Assembly (NCBI GenBank): GCA_016929055.1 | Contig: JAFGJN010000041.1 | Location: 10,731-74,730 of the forward strand | Direction: 5' to 3' | Source: Candidatus Zhuqueibacterota bacterium | Lineage (GTDB): Bacteria > Zhuqueibacterota > Zhuqueibacteria > Residuimicrobiales > Oceaniaggregativiventaceae | DNA: 64,000 nucleotides | Shown here: piece by piece, positions 56,043 to 64,000 of the stretch | Layout: every line of letters starts with the position of its first letter | Numbering within the stretch: position 1 is the first letter of the stretch | The notes under the pieces: generated by a model | Databases searched by the model: none | Told to the model about the DNA's origin: nothing | What the model saw: only the letters and a program-made list of their open reading frames with translations | Translations under genes and position numbers: made by a program

Positions 56043-57824
56043 TTAAAAAGGATCCAACCACTCATTTGGCAAAACTTTGGTCAAGCGGACAATGGGATAT
56101 CGGTTGCGTTCCCGGTCATAATAAGGGGTTCGTTCATAAAAAAACTCGAGTTTTTTTCGGCCATCGGCGGCAAATACGCTGTCTTGATCGCAGCGTCGTT
56201 TAAATTCTTCCGCCGAAGCCGGATCTTGCGCCAGCATTTGTTGCGCCATTGGCTCCATGACATAGGTTTCAAAATAGACACGATGCTCGAAAATGGTATT
56301 GAAAAAACCCCAATGCACCAGAGCGTCAGGAGCCTGTGGTTCAAGCAGATTGAGTATGAGCCGCGATTTGGGATTAGCCAGAGGTACATACACTGAGCCT
56401 GGCGGCAAGTGGATTTTTTCAATAACCGGAAGGGCCTGATAGTTTACTCGAAACCTTCCTTCATATGGCCAGGAGTGAAAGGCGACATCGGAAAACCTGT
56501 AGGTCTGGAGGGAATCATTCAAGGAGCGATTCAGCCGATAGAGCGGAACTCGATGCGCTTGCAGCACTGCGATCGCGTCTTGCCATTGCGGCGGAATGAC
56601 ATAGGCCATCGGCGGAGTAATCTGTTGCTCGGGACGAACCGTGTTATAATAGACAATCGGCCGATCCCTCTTTTCATCGGAATAGACGAGATACTCCAAT
56701 CCCGAGATCTTGCCCTTTTGTCTTTCGATTCGGTAACCCCGGTAGAGCAACGTATCCCACTCATCCTTTCGAGTGGAAAAAGTCAATGAAAAGAGTTGCT
56801 CGGGATCATAATCGCGGCCAATTTGTGTCGCCTGCAAGTCGCCTTCCTGAACAGCGAGCAGCAATTCATCCGGCTGATCAGCAACCGATTCGAGACAAGC
56901 GCGCAAGATTTCACCTGTTGCCCGGACACGGGTCTTATAATTCTTCAGGCTGTGAGCTTCAATAAGAAATCCACCGCGATTGCAGAGAGTACAGTAAATA
57001 TTGGACAAACGAGGCGGCCAAACACCGCCCTGCATACCCAAGTCCGGTCGCAACGGATCGACATAACCGGCATAAGGCGCAAGATAGACTTTTTTTTCTT
57101 CACAGCGCCTCAACACGTCGGGCAGGAACCGATCGCGAGCCCATACAGAGATGGGGCCCCCGAATTGCGGATGGGTATCGATATAATAGGAAGCCACGTA
57201 TTGAAAGTCCTCGCCGTCGGTTGTATGGCAGTCGATCAGCAGATCGGGTTTCCAGGTCTGATACAATTCGAGAAAGTGTTGCATCTCGGGCGAATCAGCC
57301 TTCATGAAATCGCGATTGAGATTGAGGCGAGTCGATGTAACACGAAAACCCATTTCTTCCGGACCGATCTGGTTGATCCGATTGTAAGGATTAAAATTTT
57401 CATGGCCGTCAGCATTGAAAATAGGGATGATGCCGAGTGATACTTTTTCTACCAAGTGTGGATAGCGGTTCTCGATCAAGAGTTCGCGAGCCAGAATCAT
57501 GGCTGCATCCTTGCCGGCGGATTCGCCCGGATGAATCGCGCATAGGATAAAAATTAAAGGTTTGTGATGATTCGTTTCAGGAGTAAACCGTGCATTGGAA
57601 TCGATAAGCAAAATATTCAAATCACGACCAAGAGGCGTGACACCAAATCGTTGCCATTTTGCCTGCGGTGAGGCATTGGCCAGACGCGCAAAATAGTCCA
57701 TGGTTTCCAGGTAACGCGGCGTTCGCAGACCATCGGATTGCTCAAAAATCGTTTCCCAACCGATTTCCGTCGTTCGGCAGGAAAGCAATAAAGAGGCCAG
57801 CATCAGCAGTACCATTTTATTCAT
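56043..57824 (-). CDS. M14-family zinc carboxypeptidase (secreted)
   Basis: Signal peptide. M14 zinc ligand motif IHPGESAG (HxxE), downstream His and catalytic-Glu regions, and a long C-terminal beta-rich extension. Confidence 0.75.
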   Translation of the reverse strand: MNKMVLLMLASLLLSCRTTEIGWETIFEQSDGLRTPRYLETMDYFARLANASPQAKWQRFGVTPLGRDLNILLIDSNARFTPETNHHKPLIFILCAIHPGESAGKDAAMILARELLIENRYPHLVEKVSLGIIPIFNADGHENFNPYNRINQIGPEEMGFRVTSTRLNLNRDFMKADSPEMQHFLELYQTWKPDLLIDCHTTDGEDFQYVASYYIDTHPQFGGPISVWARDRFLPDVLRRCEEKKVYLAPYAGYVDPLRPDLGMQGGVWPPRLSNIYCTLCNRGGFLIEAHSLKNYKTRVRATGEILRACLESVADQPDELLLAVQEGDLQATQIGRDYDPEQLFSLTFSTRKDEWDTLLYRGYRIERQKGKISGLEYLVYSDEKRDRPIVYYNTVRPEQQITPPMAYVIPPQWQDAIAVLQAHRVPLYRLNRSLNDSLQTYRFSDVAFHSWPYEGRFRVNYQALPVIEKIHLPPGSVYVPLANPKSRLILNLLEPQAPDALVHWGFFNTIFEHRVYFETYVMEPMAQQMLAQDPASAEEFKRRCDQDSVFAADGRKKLEFFYERTPYYDRERNRYPIVRLTKVLPNEWLDPF

Positions 57825-57996
57825 ACCCTGTCTCCGTTTCAGTCTTGAAGATTTTTACATCATCAGCCATTTTTCCTGCGGTGATCGATAGAGTTATTTC
57901 AAAAACCGCCATACAAGCAATCGAGCTATTCAGGTTAAAAAACGGATTGCAGGTTTTACCAGATGGTCTCCCCTGTTTTTTTCTGCTTCTTTGGTT

Positions 57997-59172
57997 TTAT
58001 CGTTTGAAAAAGAAAAAACGTTTTTTTTTCACATCCAACCGCTTGAAAAACCCGTCGCGGGAAGCTAGTTTGCGATCGGCTTTTTTGAGCAACTGATTGG
58101 CAGAGGTAAAAACAGCGTCGGGGAAATGCGGTTTGAGAAGTTGAAAATTTTTGTCAAAATCATTGCCTGGTACGACTCGGCCGGCCAGCCAGCCAAACGT
58201 GTCGAGGATTTCTTCGAGGCCTTTGCCATCGCGAAAAGAGATGATCGGGATCGGATAATCGCTGCCATAGAAGAAGCGCTCAGGAAATTGTTTAGCCAAA
58301 TCGAGAATGCGTTTGATGTAACGAAAACGGCCGGGGAGACAAAAGGCTGACAAATCGGCATAAAGCCGTTTCGACTTTTCAACTTGTAGACGTGCGATCA
58401 GTTTTTCAAAAACTCCTTCCCAATAGGAGTTGTGTTTGTCAAGAAGGTTTCCCAGAGGCGTTGCGCAATGGGCGATAATGACAGTAGCTTTGGCTTCCAG
58501 AGCCATCTCAATCGCATCGCCCGGTTCTGAAGCATACATGCCGCAGGCAGCATCGAACAGACGTGCTTTTTCGGTTTTTAGAGCAGTCGGTATCGCCTCC
58601 TCGGGCCCAACATGGATCAAGATCGGCAAGTCGAGTTCAGCACAAGCCCGATAGAACCGCTGTGCCAGAGGATGGGTTGGATCGATCACCTGCGAAGAGG
58701 GAACCCATTTGCAGAACAAAGCACCGCGTGCGGCATTTGCATAAAGACGTTCCAATGCATTCGGGGCATAGGGATGAACCGAACAGCTGGGTAAGAGTTG
58801 GGGAAAAATCCGCGACAAATAATAGAGATAGTCGTCGGAGACAAACAGATGGCTCTTTGGCAGTTGCAGCTCTCCCGATTCGGAATAGACGTGATCGAGT
58901 GCCAAAAGGACAACCTTGTCGACGTGTCGGGAAGTTTTAAGCTGCTGCAAAACAACATCGATATAGCGTGGCCCGGAAAAATCGCTTTCGCCTACCTTGA
59001 TGACCAGTTTCATGGCCTCGAAAGAGGGCGAATGGGTGAATTTCCTGGACCAGTGGTACATAGAGTCGTTTTCGCCCGCAGGTCCGCCAACATGGACATG
59101 CATATCGATTACGGGTAGATCCGAGCCATTCGATTTTCGACGTTGTTTTACGACGGAAAGGATCGAGCGCAT
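57997..59172 (-). CDS. Amidohydrolase-family metal-dependent hydrolase (TIM-barrel)
   Basis: VIDMHVHVG metal-binding HxH motif, downstream His/Asp ligand positions (ILIHVG, IIAHCA, GSDYP). The ATG at 59172 is preferred. Confidence 0.6.
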   Translation of the reverse strand: MRSILSVVKQRRKSNGSDLPVIDMHVHVGGPAGENDSMYHWSRKFTHSPSFEAMKLVIKVGESDFSGPRYIDVVLQQLKTSRHVDKVVLLALDHVYSESGELQLPKSHLFVSDDYLYYLSRIFPQLLPSCSVHPYAPNALERLYANAARGALFCKWVPSSQVIDPTHPLAQRFYRACAELDLPILIHVGPEEAIPTALKTEKARLFDAACGMYASEPGDAIEMALEAKATVIIAHCATPLGNLLDKHNSYWEGVFEKLIARLQVEKSKRLYADLSAFCLPGRFRYIKRILDLAKQFPERFFYGSDYPIPIISFRDGKGLEEILDTFGWLAGRVVPGNDFDKNFQLLKPHFPDAVFTSANQLLKKADRKLASRDGFFKRLDVKKKRFFFFKR

Positions 59173-59545
59173 TTTCGAGCCTCGCAAAAAAAGAACCCTC
59201 ACTGCTACACAATCGAATTTATTTTCTAAAAGATTCGGTATCGAGCCTCGAATCCAGAGAATTATTTTGGCCAAGAATGCGTGTAGGGCTATTTTAATTT
59301 ATAAGATTACAAGATGAAATTCAAGTTCTATTCATTACCTTTTTGCCATTCATGCTGGCGGGTCTCTTGCAACAACAACGCGCAAGAAAATGATGATTTT
59401 TCGGGAACAATCACGCTTTCAAATTAGTTAAATATTAATAAATGCTCGAGTAACGATGCAAATTCATCCTCTGAATTCCGCACCACAGCCAAGAATATTT
59501 ATTACTCCGGGGTGGGGTTAAAACCCAAAAATCAGGGAGAATTCC

Positions 59546-61726
59546 ATGCAGGAGCGATTGCTCATTGTGTCCAATCGATTGCCGGTTAACATCAGCAAAC
59601 GCCAGGGAGAACTCGTCTACAGCAAAAGCGCCGGCGGTTTGGCCACAGGACTCGCATCTTTTTACAAGAATTATGATAGCCGGTGGATCGGATGGCCGGG
59701 GTATATAACAGAATCAAAGCTGGAAAAAATGAGAATCACCGATGATTTGCATAAAGATGCAACCGTACCGGTCTTTCTCACCCGGCGAGATATCGAAAAT
59801 TATTATGAAGGCTTTAGCAATCGAACAATATGGCCGCTTTTTCACTATTTCCCCGAGTTTGTCGCTTATAATCCATCTTATTGGGATACATACCGGCGGG
59901 TGAACAGCCGATTTGCCGAACAGATAATTGACATTGCACAGCCGAACGACATCATCTGGGTTCACGATTACCATCTGATGCTGTTGCCGGCTTTGCTTCG
60001 GCAGGCGTTGCCCAGCGTGAGCATCGGTTTTTTTCTGCACATCCCTTTTCCCTCCTACGAGGTTTTTCGAACACTGCCGTGGCGAAATGAACTCATGCAT
60101 GGTCTGCTGGGTGCCGATCTGGTCGGATTCCATACCCATGATTATGCGCGCCACTTTCTTAGCGCCGCGAGTCGTCTGTTGGGGCTGGAACATTCCCTGA
60201 TGCGTTTGACCTATGAAGAGCGAATGGTCAAAGCGGACTCTTTTCCCATGGGCATCGATTTTGACAAATTTAACCATGCAGGATCGAGCAAAAGCGTGCG
60301 ACGAGAGATGACGCGTATGCAAAACCGCATTGGCGATCGACAATTGATCCTCTCCATCGACCGATTGGATTACAGCAAGGGCATTTTGCAGCGCCTCGAA
60401 GCTTTTAATCTCTTTCTTCAACGCCACCCAAAATATCGGGAAAAGGTGACACTGCTTCTGCTCGTGGTCCCGTCACGTTCGCGGGTGGATTCCTATCGCC
60501 AGCTTAAATTGCAGGTGGACACCCACGTCGGCCGCATCAACGGTGAACACGGCACGATCGGCTGGTCGCCGATCTGGTATCTTTATCGCTCGACACCCTT
60601 TCCGACCTTGTCGGCAATGTACAATGTGGCCGATGTCGCCTTGATTACACCTTATCGCGACGGCATGAATTTGGTGGCCAAAGAATTCGTCGCCAGCAAG
60701 ACAAACGGCCGTGGTGTGCTGATTCTCAGCGAAATGGCGGGGGCGGCTGCGGAGTTGAGCGAGTCGTTACTGATCAATCCCAACAATATTGAAGAAATCG
60801 CCAACGCTATCCGAATCGCTTTACAGATGCCGCAAGAAGAGCAGGCCAAACGGCTTACAGAGATGCAGAGCAAAATCAGCCGCTACAATGTAACGAGATG
60901 GGCACTTGACTTTATCGATGGTTTAAAGCAGATCAAAACACTAAACTCTCGTCTACGCAGCAATCGGCTGACGACCCAAATCGAGGCCGAGATCATCGAT
61001 CATTTTCACGCGGGTAGCAACCGTATCCTGTTTCTCGATTACGACGGCACCCTGGTGCCATTTGCCAAAACGCCGGCACAAGCCAAACCACCGCAAACGC
61101 TGTTGGATCTGTTGAAACGGTTGAGCGAATCAGATAATTGTCAGGTGGTGATCAACAGCGGCAGAAAAAAAGAAGAGCTGGATCAGTGGTTTTCTTATCT
61201 GCCATTGGATATGAGCGCCGAACACGGAGCCTGGATCAAAAAAAGGGGCGGCGAATGGGAGACGATCCAACCCATGACCGATGAATGGAAAACCGAACTT
61301 TTACCTCTTTTAGAGCTCTATGTAGCACGAACTCCCGGCGCCTTTATTGAAGACAAGAGCTATTCGCTGGTCTGGCATTATCGAAAAGCCGAAGTCGGAC
61401 TCGGCCAGACCCGCTCACGCGAGCTGCTCAACGAATTGCGCTATCTGACGGCCAATCTCAATTTACAGGTAATGGAAGGCAACAAAGTCATCGAGATCAA
61501 GACCTCGGGAATCAACAAAGGCCGCACCGCGGTTGCCTTTCTGATGCAGGCAAAAAAACCCGACTTTATTTTCGCAGTCGGCGACGATCATACTGACGAA
61601 GATCTATTTCGAGCTCTTCCGCCGGAAGCCTATACGATTAAAGTCGGCTATCACATGACCGCTGCACGCTTTAGTGTAAAAAATCCCGAAGCAGTCCGGT
61701 CACTTTTGGAAAAGTTGAGCAAATAA
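59546..61726 (+). CDS. otsA: Bifunctional trehalose-6-phosphate synthase (GT20, OtsA) / trehalose-6-phosphate phosphatase (HAD, OtsB) fusion
   Basis: GT20 hallmark IWVHDYHLMLLPALLR and UDP-Glc binding region. The C-terminal HAD phosphatase motifs are FLDYDGTLVPF (DxDGT) and GDDHTDEDLF. Confidence 0.85.
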   Translation: MQERLLIVSNRLPVNISKRQGELVYSKSAGGLATGLASFYKNYDSRWIGWPGYITESKLEKMRITDDLHKDATVPVFLTRRDIENYYEGFSNRTIWPLFHYFPEFVAYNPSYWDTYRRVNSRFAEQIIDIAQPNDIIWVHDYHLMLLPALLRQALPSVSIGFFLHIPFPSYEVFRTLPWRNELMHGLLGADLVGFHTHDYARHFLSAASRLLGLEHSLMRLTYEERMVKADSFPMGIDFDKFNHAGSSKSVRREMTRMQNRIGDRQLILSIDRLDYSKGILQRLEAFNLFLQRHPKYREKVTLLLLVVPSRSRVDSYRQLKLQVDTHVGRINGEHGTIGWSPIWYLYRSTPFPTLSAMYNVADVALITPYRDGMNLVAKEFVASKTNGRGVLILSEMAGAAAELSESLLINPNNIEEIANAIRIALQMPQEEQAKRLTEMQSKISRYNVTRWALDFIDGLKQIKTLNSRLRSNRLTTQIEAEIIDHFHAGSNRILFLDYDGTLVPFAKTPAQAKPPQTLLDLLKRLSESDNCQVVINSGRKKEELDQWFSYLPLDMSAEHGAWIKKRGGEWETIQPMTDEWKTELLPLLELYVARTPGAFIEDKSYSLVWHYRKAEVGLGQTRSRELLNELRYLTANLNLQVMEGNKVIEIKTSGINKGRTAVAFLMQAKKPDFIFAVGDDHTDEDLFRALPPEAYTIKVGYHMTAARFSVKNPEAVRSLLEKLSK

Positions 61727-61735
61727 GGAGACGGC

Positions 61736-62947
61736 ATGAAACGACTGAGTGATTATCGATCCATTGTAGGAGACGAAACCATCAGCACCATCTATCGCGA
61801 AGCCAAAAATCTTTATGGCCAACGAGTTTTGCATATTAATTCGACCTATACCGGCGGAGGAGTGGCTGAAATCCTCACCAGTCTGACTCCCCTGCTGGTG
61901 GATGCAGGTGTGGAAACAGATTGGCGTATCTTGAACGGCAATCCCGATTTTTTTAATATCACGAAAAAATTCCATAACGCTTTACAGGGCGACAGCATCA
62001 ATCTCAGCGATATCAAGAAAAAATTGTATATCCGTGCCAATGAAGATTTTTCCATCTATGCCCGTGTGAACCAATCTTACGACGCGGTCATCATTCACGA
62101 TCCTCAGCCACTGCCGCTGATCCATTTTTATAAAAAACGACAACCATGGGTCTGGCGCTGTCACGTCGATCTCTCTCAGCCAAACGCTGAATTGTGGGAA
62201 TTTCTCAAGGATTTCATCCTTCGCTACGATCGTGTGATTCTATCTGATGTTAGTTATCGCAAGCCGGACCTGCCTGTCGAGTATCGGATCTTTGCTCCGG
62301 TAATCGATCCGCTGTCCAGTAAAAACAAAGAACTTTCTCAACGGGATATCGCCAAGTATCTGAAAAAATTCAATGTGGCAACCGATAAACCCCTGATCAC
62401 GCAAATCTCGCGTTTCGATAAATTCAAAGATCCGTTGGGCGTTATCAAAGTATTCGAACTCGTGAGGCAGGAAATCGATTGTCGGTTGGTGCTGTGCGGT
62501 AGTATGGCTTCTGACGATCCGGAGGGTCTCTTGATCTATGAAAAAGTCAAACAGCGTGCCAAAAAGCTTATCGAAACAGGGGATGTGATCCTGATCACCT
62601 CTGAAAACAATATTCTGGTCAATGCGCTGCAGCGACAATCGGATGTCATTATGCAAAAATCGCTCAAAGAGGGCTTTGGTTTGACAGTCACCGAAGGTTT
62701 GTGGAAAGGCAAACCGGTGATCGCATCGAATGTAGGCGGAATTCCCCTGCAGATCAGCGATGGTGAAACCGGCTTTCTTGTCAATCCCCGTGATTATAAC
62801 CAGACAGCAAAAACAGTCATACGCGTTTTACGCGATCCCGATGCAGCGCACGAAATCGGTCGTGCTGGCAAAGAGCATGTGCGACGCCACTTTCTGGTGA
62901 CGCGCCTGGTGCGCGACTACCTGAGCTTGTTCAACGAAATTATCTGA
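61736..62947 (+). CDS. GT4-family retaining glycosyltransferase (TreT-like trehalose synthase candidate)
   Basis: N-terminal HINSTYTGGGVAEIL and C-terminal EGFGLTVTEGLWKGKPVIASNVGGIPLQI (GT4 E-x7-E region). It starts 10 nt after the otsAB stop. Confidence 0.65.
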   Translation: MKRLSDYRSIVGDETISTIYREAKNLYGQRVLHINSTYTGGGVAEILTSLTPLLVDAGVETDWRILNGNPDFFNITKKFHNALQGDSINLSDIKKKLYIRANEDFSIYARVNQSYDAVIIHDPQPLPLIHFYKKRQPWVWRCHVDLSQPNAELWEFLKDFILRYDRVILSDVSYRKPDLPVEYRIFAPVIDPLSSKNKELSQRDIAKYLKKFNVATDKPLITQISRFDKFKDPLGVIKVFELVRQEIDCRLVLCGSMASDDPEGLLIYEKVKQRAKKLIETGDVILITSENNILVNALQRQSDVIMQKSLKEGFGLTVTEGLWKGKPVIASNVGGIPLQISDGETGFLVNPRDYNQTAKTVIRVLRDPDAAHEIGRAGKEHVRRHFLVTRLVRDYLSLFNEII

Positions 62948-63362
62948 GACTGGTTTCCACCAGACAAAGATTGCGTTTGCCCGTCGTCTTTACATGATGG
63001 CGGGCAAAATCCCTCCATTGCCGCAATAAAACTGGTTTGATTCCCTTACCACCTCTTTTAACCTGGATTTTGTGTTAACGGAATCCAGCAAAAAGTATCT
63101 TTCTAATTTTATTCAATTTGAAACAGTCATCCTTTCCACCCTATTGGTGAAAACAGCCTGTTGTTTTTATTGGAGATTCGGTGTTTCGAACCAAATCTGG
63201 ATCAAAAAAAATCGGTTAATAAATATTCGTCTTGATATTAATCAAAGAACTTGATATTTTCTTGATGGCAGTCGATCAAGAACGCTTGTATGCTCTATGG
63301 CGGAATGTATCGGTGCACCGTGAACCTATTGACGATAAAATGTGCATATAAGAGGAAAAACC

Positions 63363-64000
63363 ATGATTACCATCAAACCCTTGCGCGGCTTGAGACCGGC
63401 TAGAGAGCTGACAGCCACCGTCGCCTGTCCGCCCTACGATGTGCTCTCGAGCGAGGAAGCGCGCGCGCTGGCCTCAGACAATTCATTATCCTTTCTCCAC
63501 ATCAACAAACCCGAAATCGATTTGCCGCTCGATATCGATACGCACAGCGAATTGGTCTACCGCAAAGGACGAGAAAATCTCGAACGATTTATGCGGGATG
63601 GAATACTGGTACAGGATGCCAAAGAGTCGATCTATATCTACCGGCAAACCTGGCAAGGTCATCAACAAACCGGTTATTTCTGTCTTTCCAGTGTTCAGGA
63701 TTATGATTTGGGTCGCATCAAAAAACACGAGTTGACGCGACCGGATAAAGAAAAAGACCGAACGACCCTGATCGACACAATGGATGCCCAGGTTGGTCCG
63801 GTTTTTCTGATGTATCGCGCCCAAGCAACTCTGGACAACTTTCTCGACGGAATGACGCGAGTTGCACCGGAAATCGATTTCATCTCCAACGACACGGTTC
63901 ATCATCAATTGTGGCCGATCGATGATCAGCAGCAAATTGATAAAATTATCAAGGGGTTTGCCGAGCTGGACGCAACCTATGTGGCGGATGGACATCACCG
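63363..64000 (+). CDS. DUF1015-family protein (3' end outside window)
   Basis: MITIKPLRGLRPARELTATVACPPYDVLSSEEAR...NSLSFLHINKPEIDL...IYIYRQTW...GYFCLSSVQDY...IKKHELTRPDKEKDRTTLI...VGPVFLMY follows the DUF1015 family pattern. The ORF runs off the window end and is not in the supplied ORF track. Confidence 0.65.
   Translation, partial: MITIKPLRGLRPARELTATVACPPYDVLSSEEARALASDNSLSFLHINKPEIDLPLDIDTHSELVYRKGRENLERFMRDGILVQDAKESIYIYRQTWQGHQQTGYFCLSSVQDYDLGRIKKHELTRPDKEKDRTTLIDTMDAQVGPVFLMYRAQATLDNFLDGMTRVAPEIDFISNDTVHHQLWPIDDQQQIDKIIKGFAELDATYVADGHH

Noticed and set aside
63486-63998. 170-aa minus-strand ORF at the window end
   Set aside because: The plus-strand frame encodes a clear DUF1015 protein over the same region.
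1-64000. CRISPR arrays, tRNA/rRNA genes, transposases or integrases, prophage genes
   Set aside because: No regularly spaced direct repeats, no tRNA T-arm/acceptor patterns (GGTTCGAATCC-like) and no recombinase or transposase-like ORFs were detected on inspection. The tRNA absence is not exhaustive without tRNAscan.

Overview
This 64-kb window is a gene-dense bacterial chromosomal segment of about 50% GC. Most genes have strong GGAGG-type Shine-Dalgarno sites, and several proteins carry type IX secretion (T9SS) C-terminal sorting domains, which points to an FCB-group or related lineage rather than Proteobacteria or Firmicutes. I found no rRNA, tRNA, CRISPR array, transposase or integrase.

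The most striking structure is a pair of convergent, paralogous three-gene cassettes at 2296-8566 (+) and 16587-22978 (-). Each encodes a TonB-dependent receptor with an N-terminal carboxypeptidase-regulatory-like domain, then a roughly 700-aa secreted protein (unrecognised N-terminal domain, poly-proline linker, FN3-like domain, T9SS C-terminal domain), then a PorV/FadL-like outer-membrane beta-barrel. No SusD homolog is present. Seven housekeeping-type genes lie between the two copies: an IPT/TIG beta-propeller lipoprotein, a glutamate/aspartate-type symporter, DgkA, glycerate kinase, a TPR protein with a cold-shock-like C-terminus, and SppA.

Downstream are:
- an amino-sugar locus (ROK kinase, MFS transporter, SIS protein, NagA);
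- a long minus-strand operon holding a Zn/Mn-type ABC importer (ZnuA/C/B-like), an unusual IscU-like/SAM-methyltransferase fusion and a CDP-alcohol phosphatidyltransferase;
- a KamA-family radical SAM protein with a long N-terminal extension;
- a signalling operon (FecR-domain protein, 851-aa predicted outer-membrane protein, CHASE2 adenylate/guanylate cyclase, 60-aa ORF) closed by a clear bidirectional terminator;
- an OmpA-like barrel/coiled-coil/YbgF-like TPR fusion;
- a 790-bp ORF-poor region with hairpin repeats;
- a T9SS-sorted HExxH metalloprotease, the Der GTPase with its conserved DUF512 partner, an AI-2E transporter, an orphan CsgG-like lipoprotein, a second ROK kinase, a SulP transporter, an M14 carboxypeptidase, an amidohydrolase, a fused OtsA/OtsB trehalose-6-phosphate synthase/phosphatase, a GT4 (TreT-like) glycosyltransferase and a partial DUF1015 gene.

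A perfect 13-bp inverted repeat flanked by 10-bp direct repeats, and a small family of GATTCGGT...ACCGAATC-type hairpins, occur in intergenic regions.
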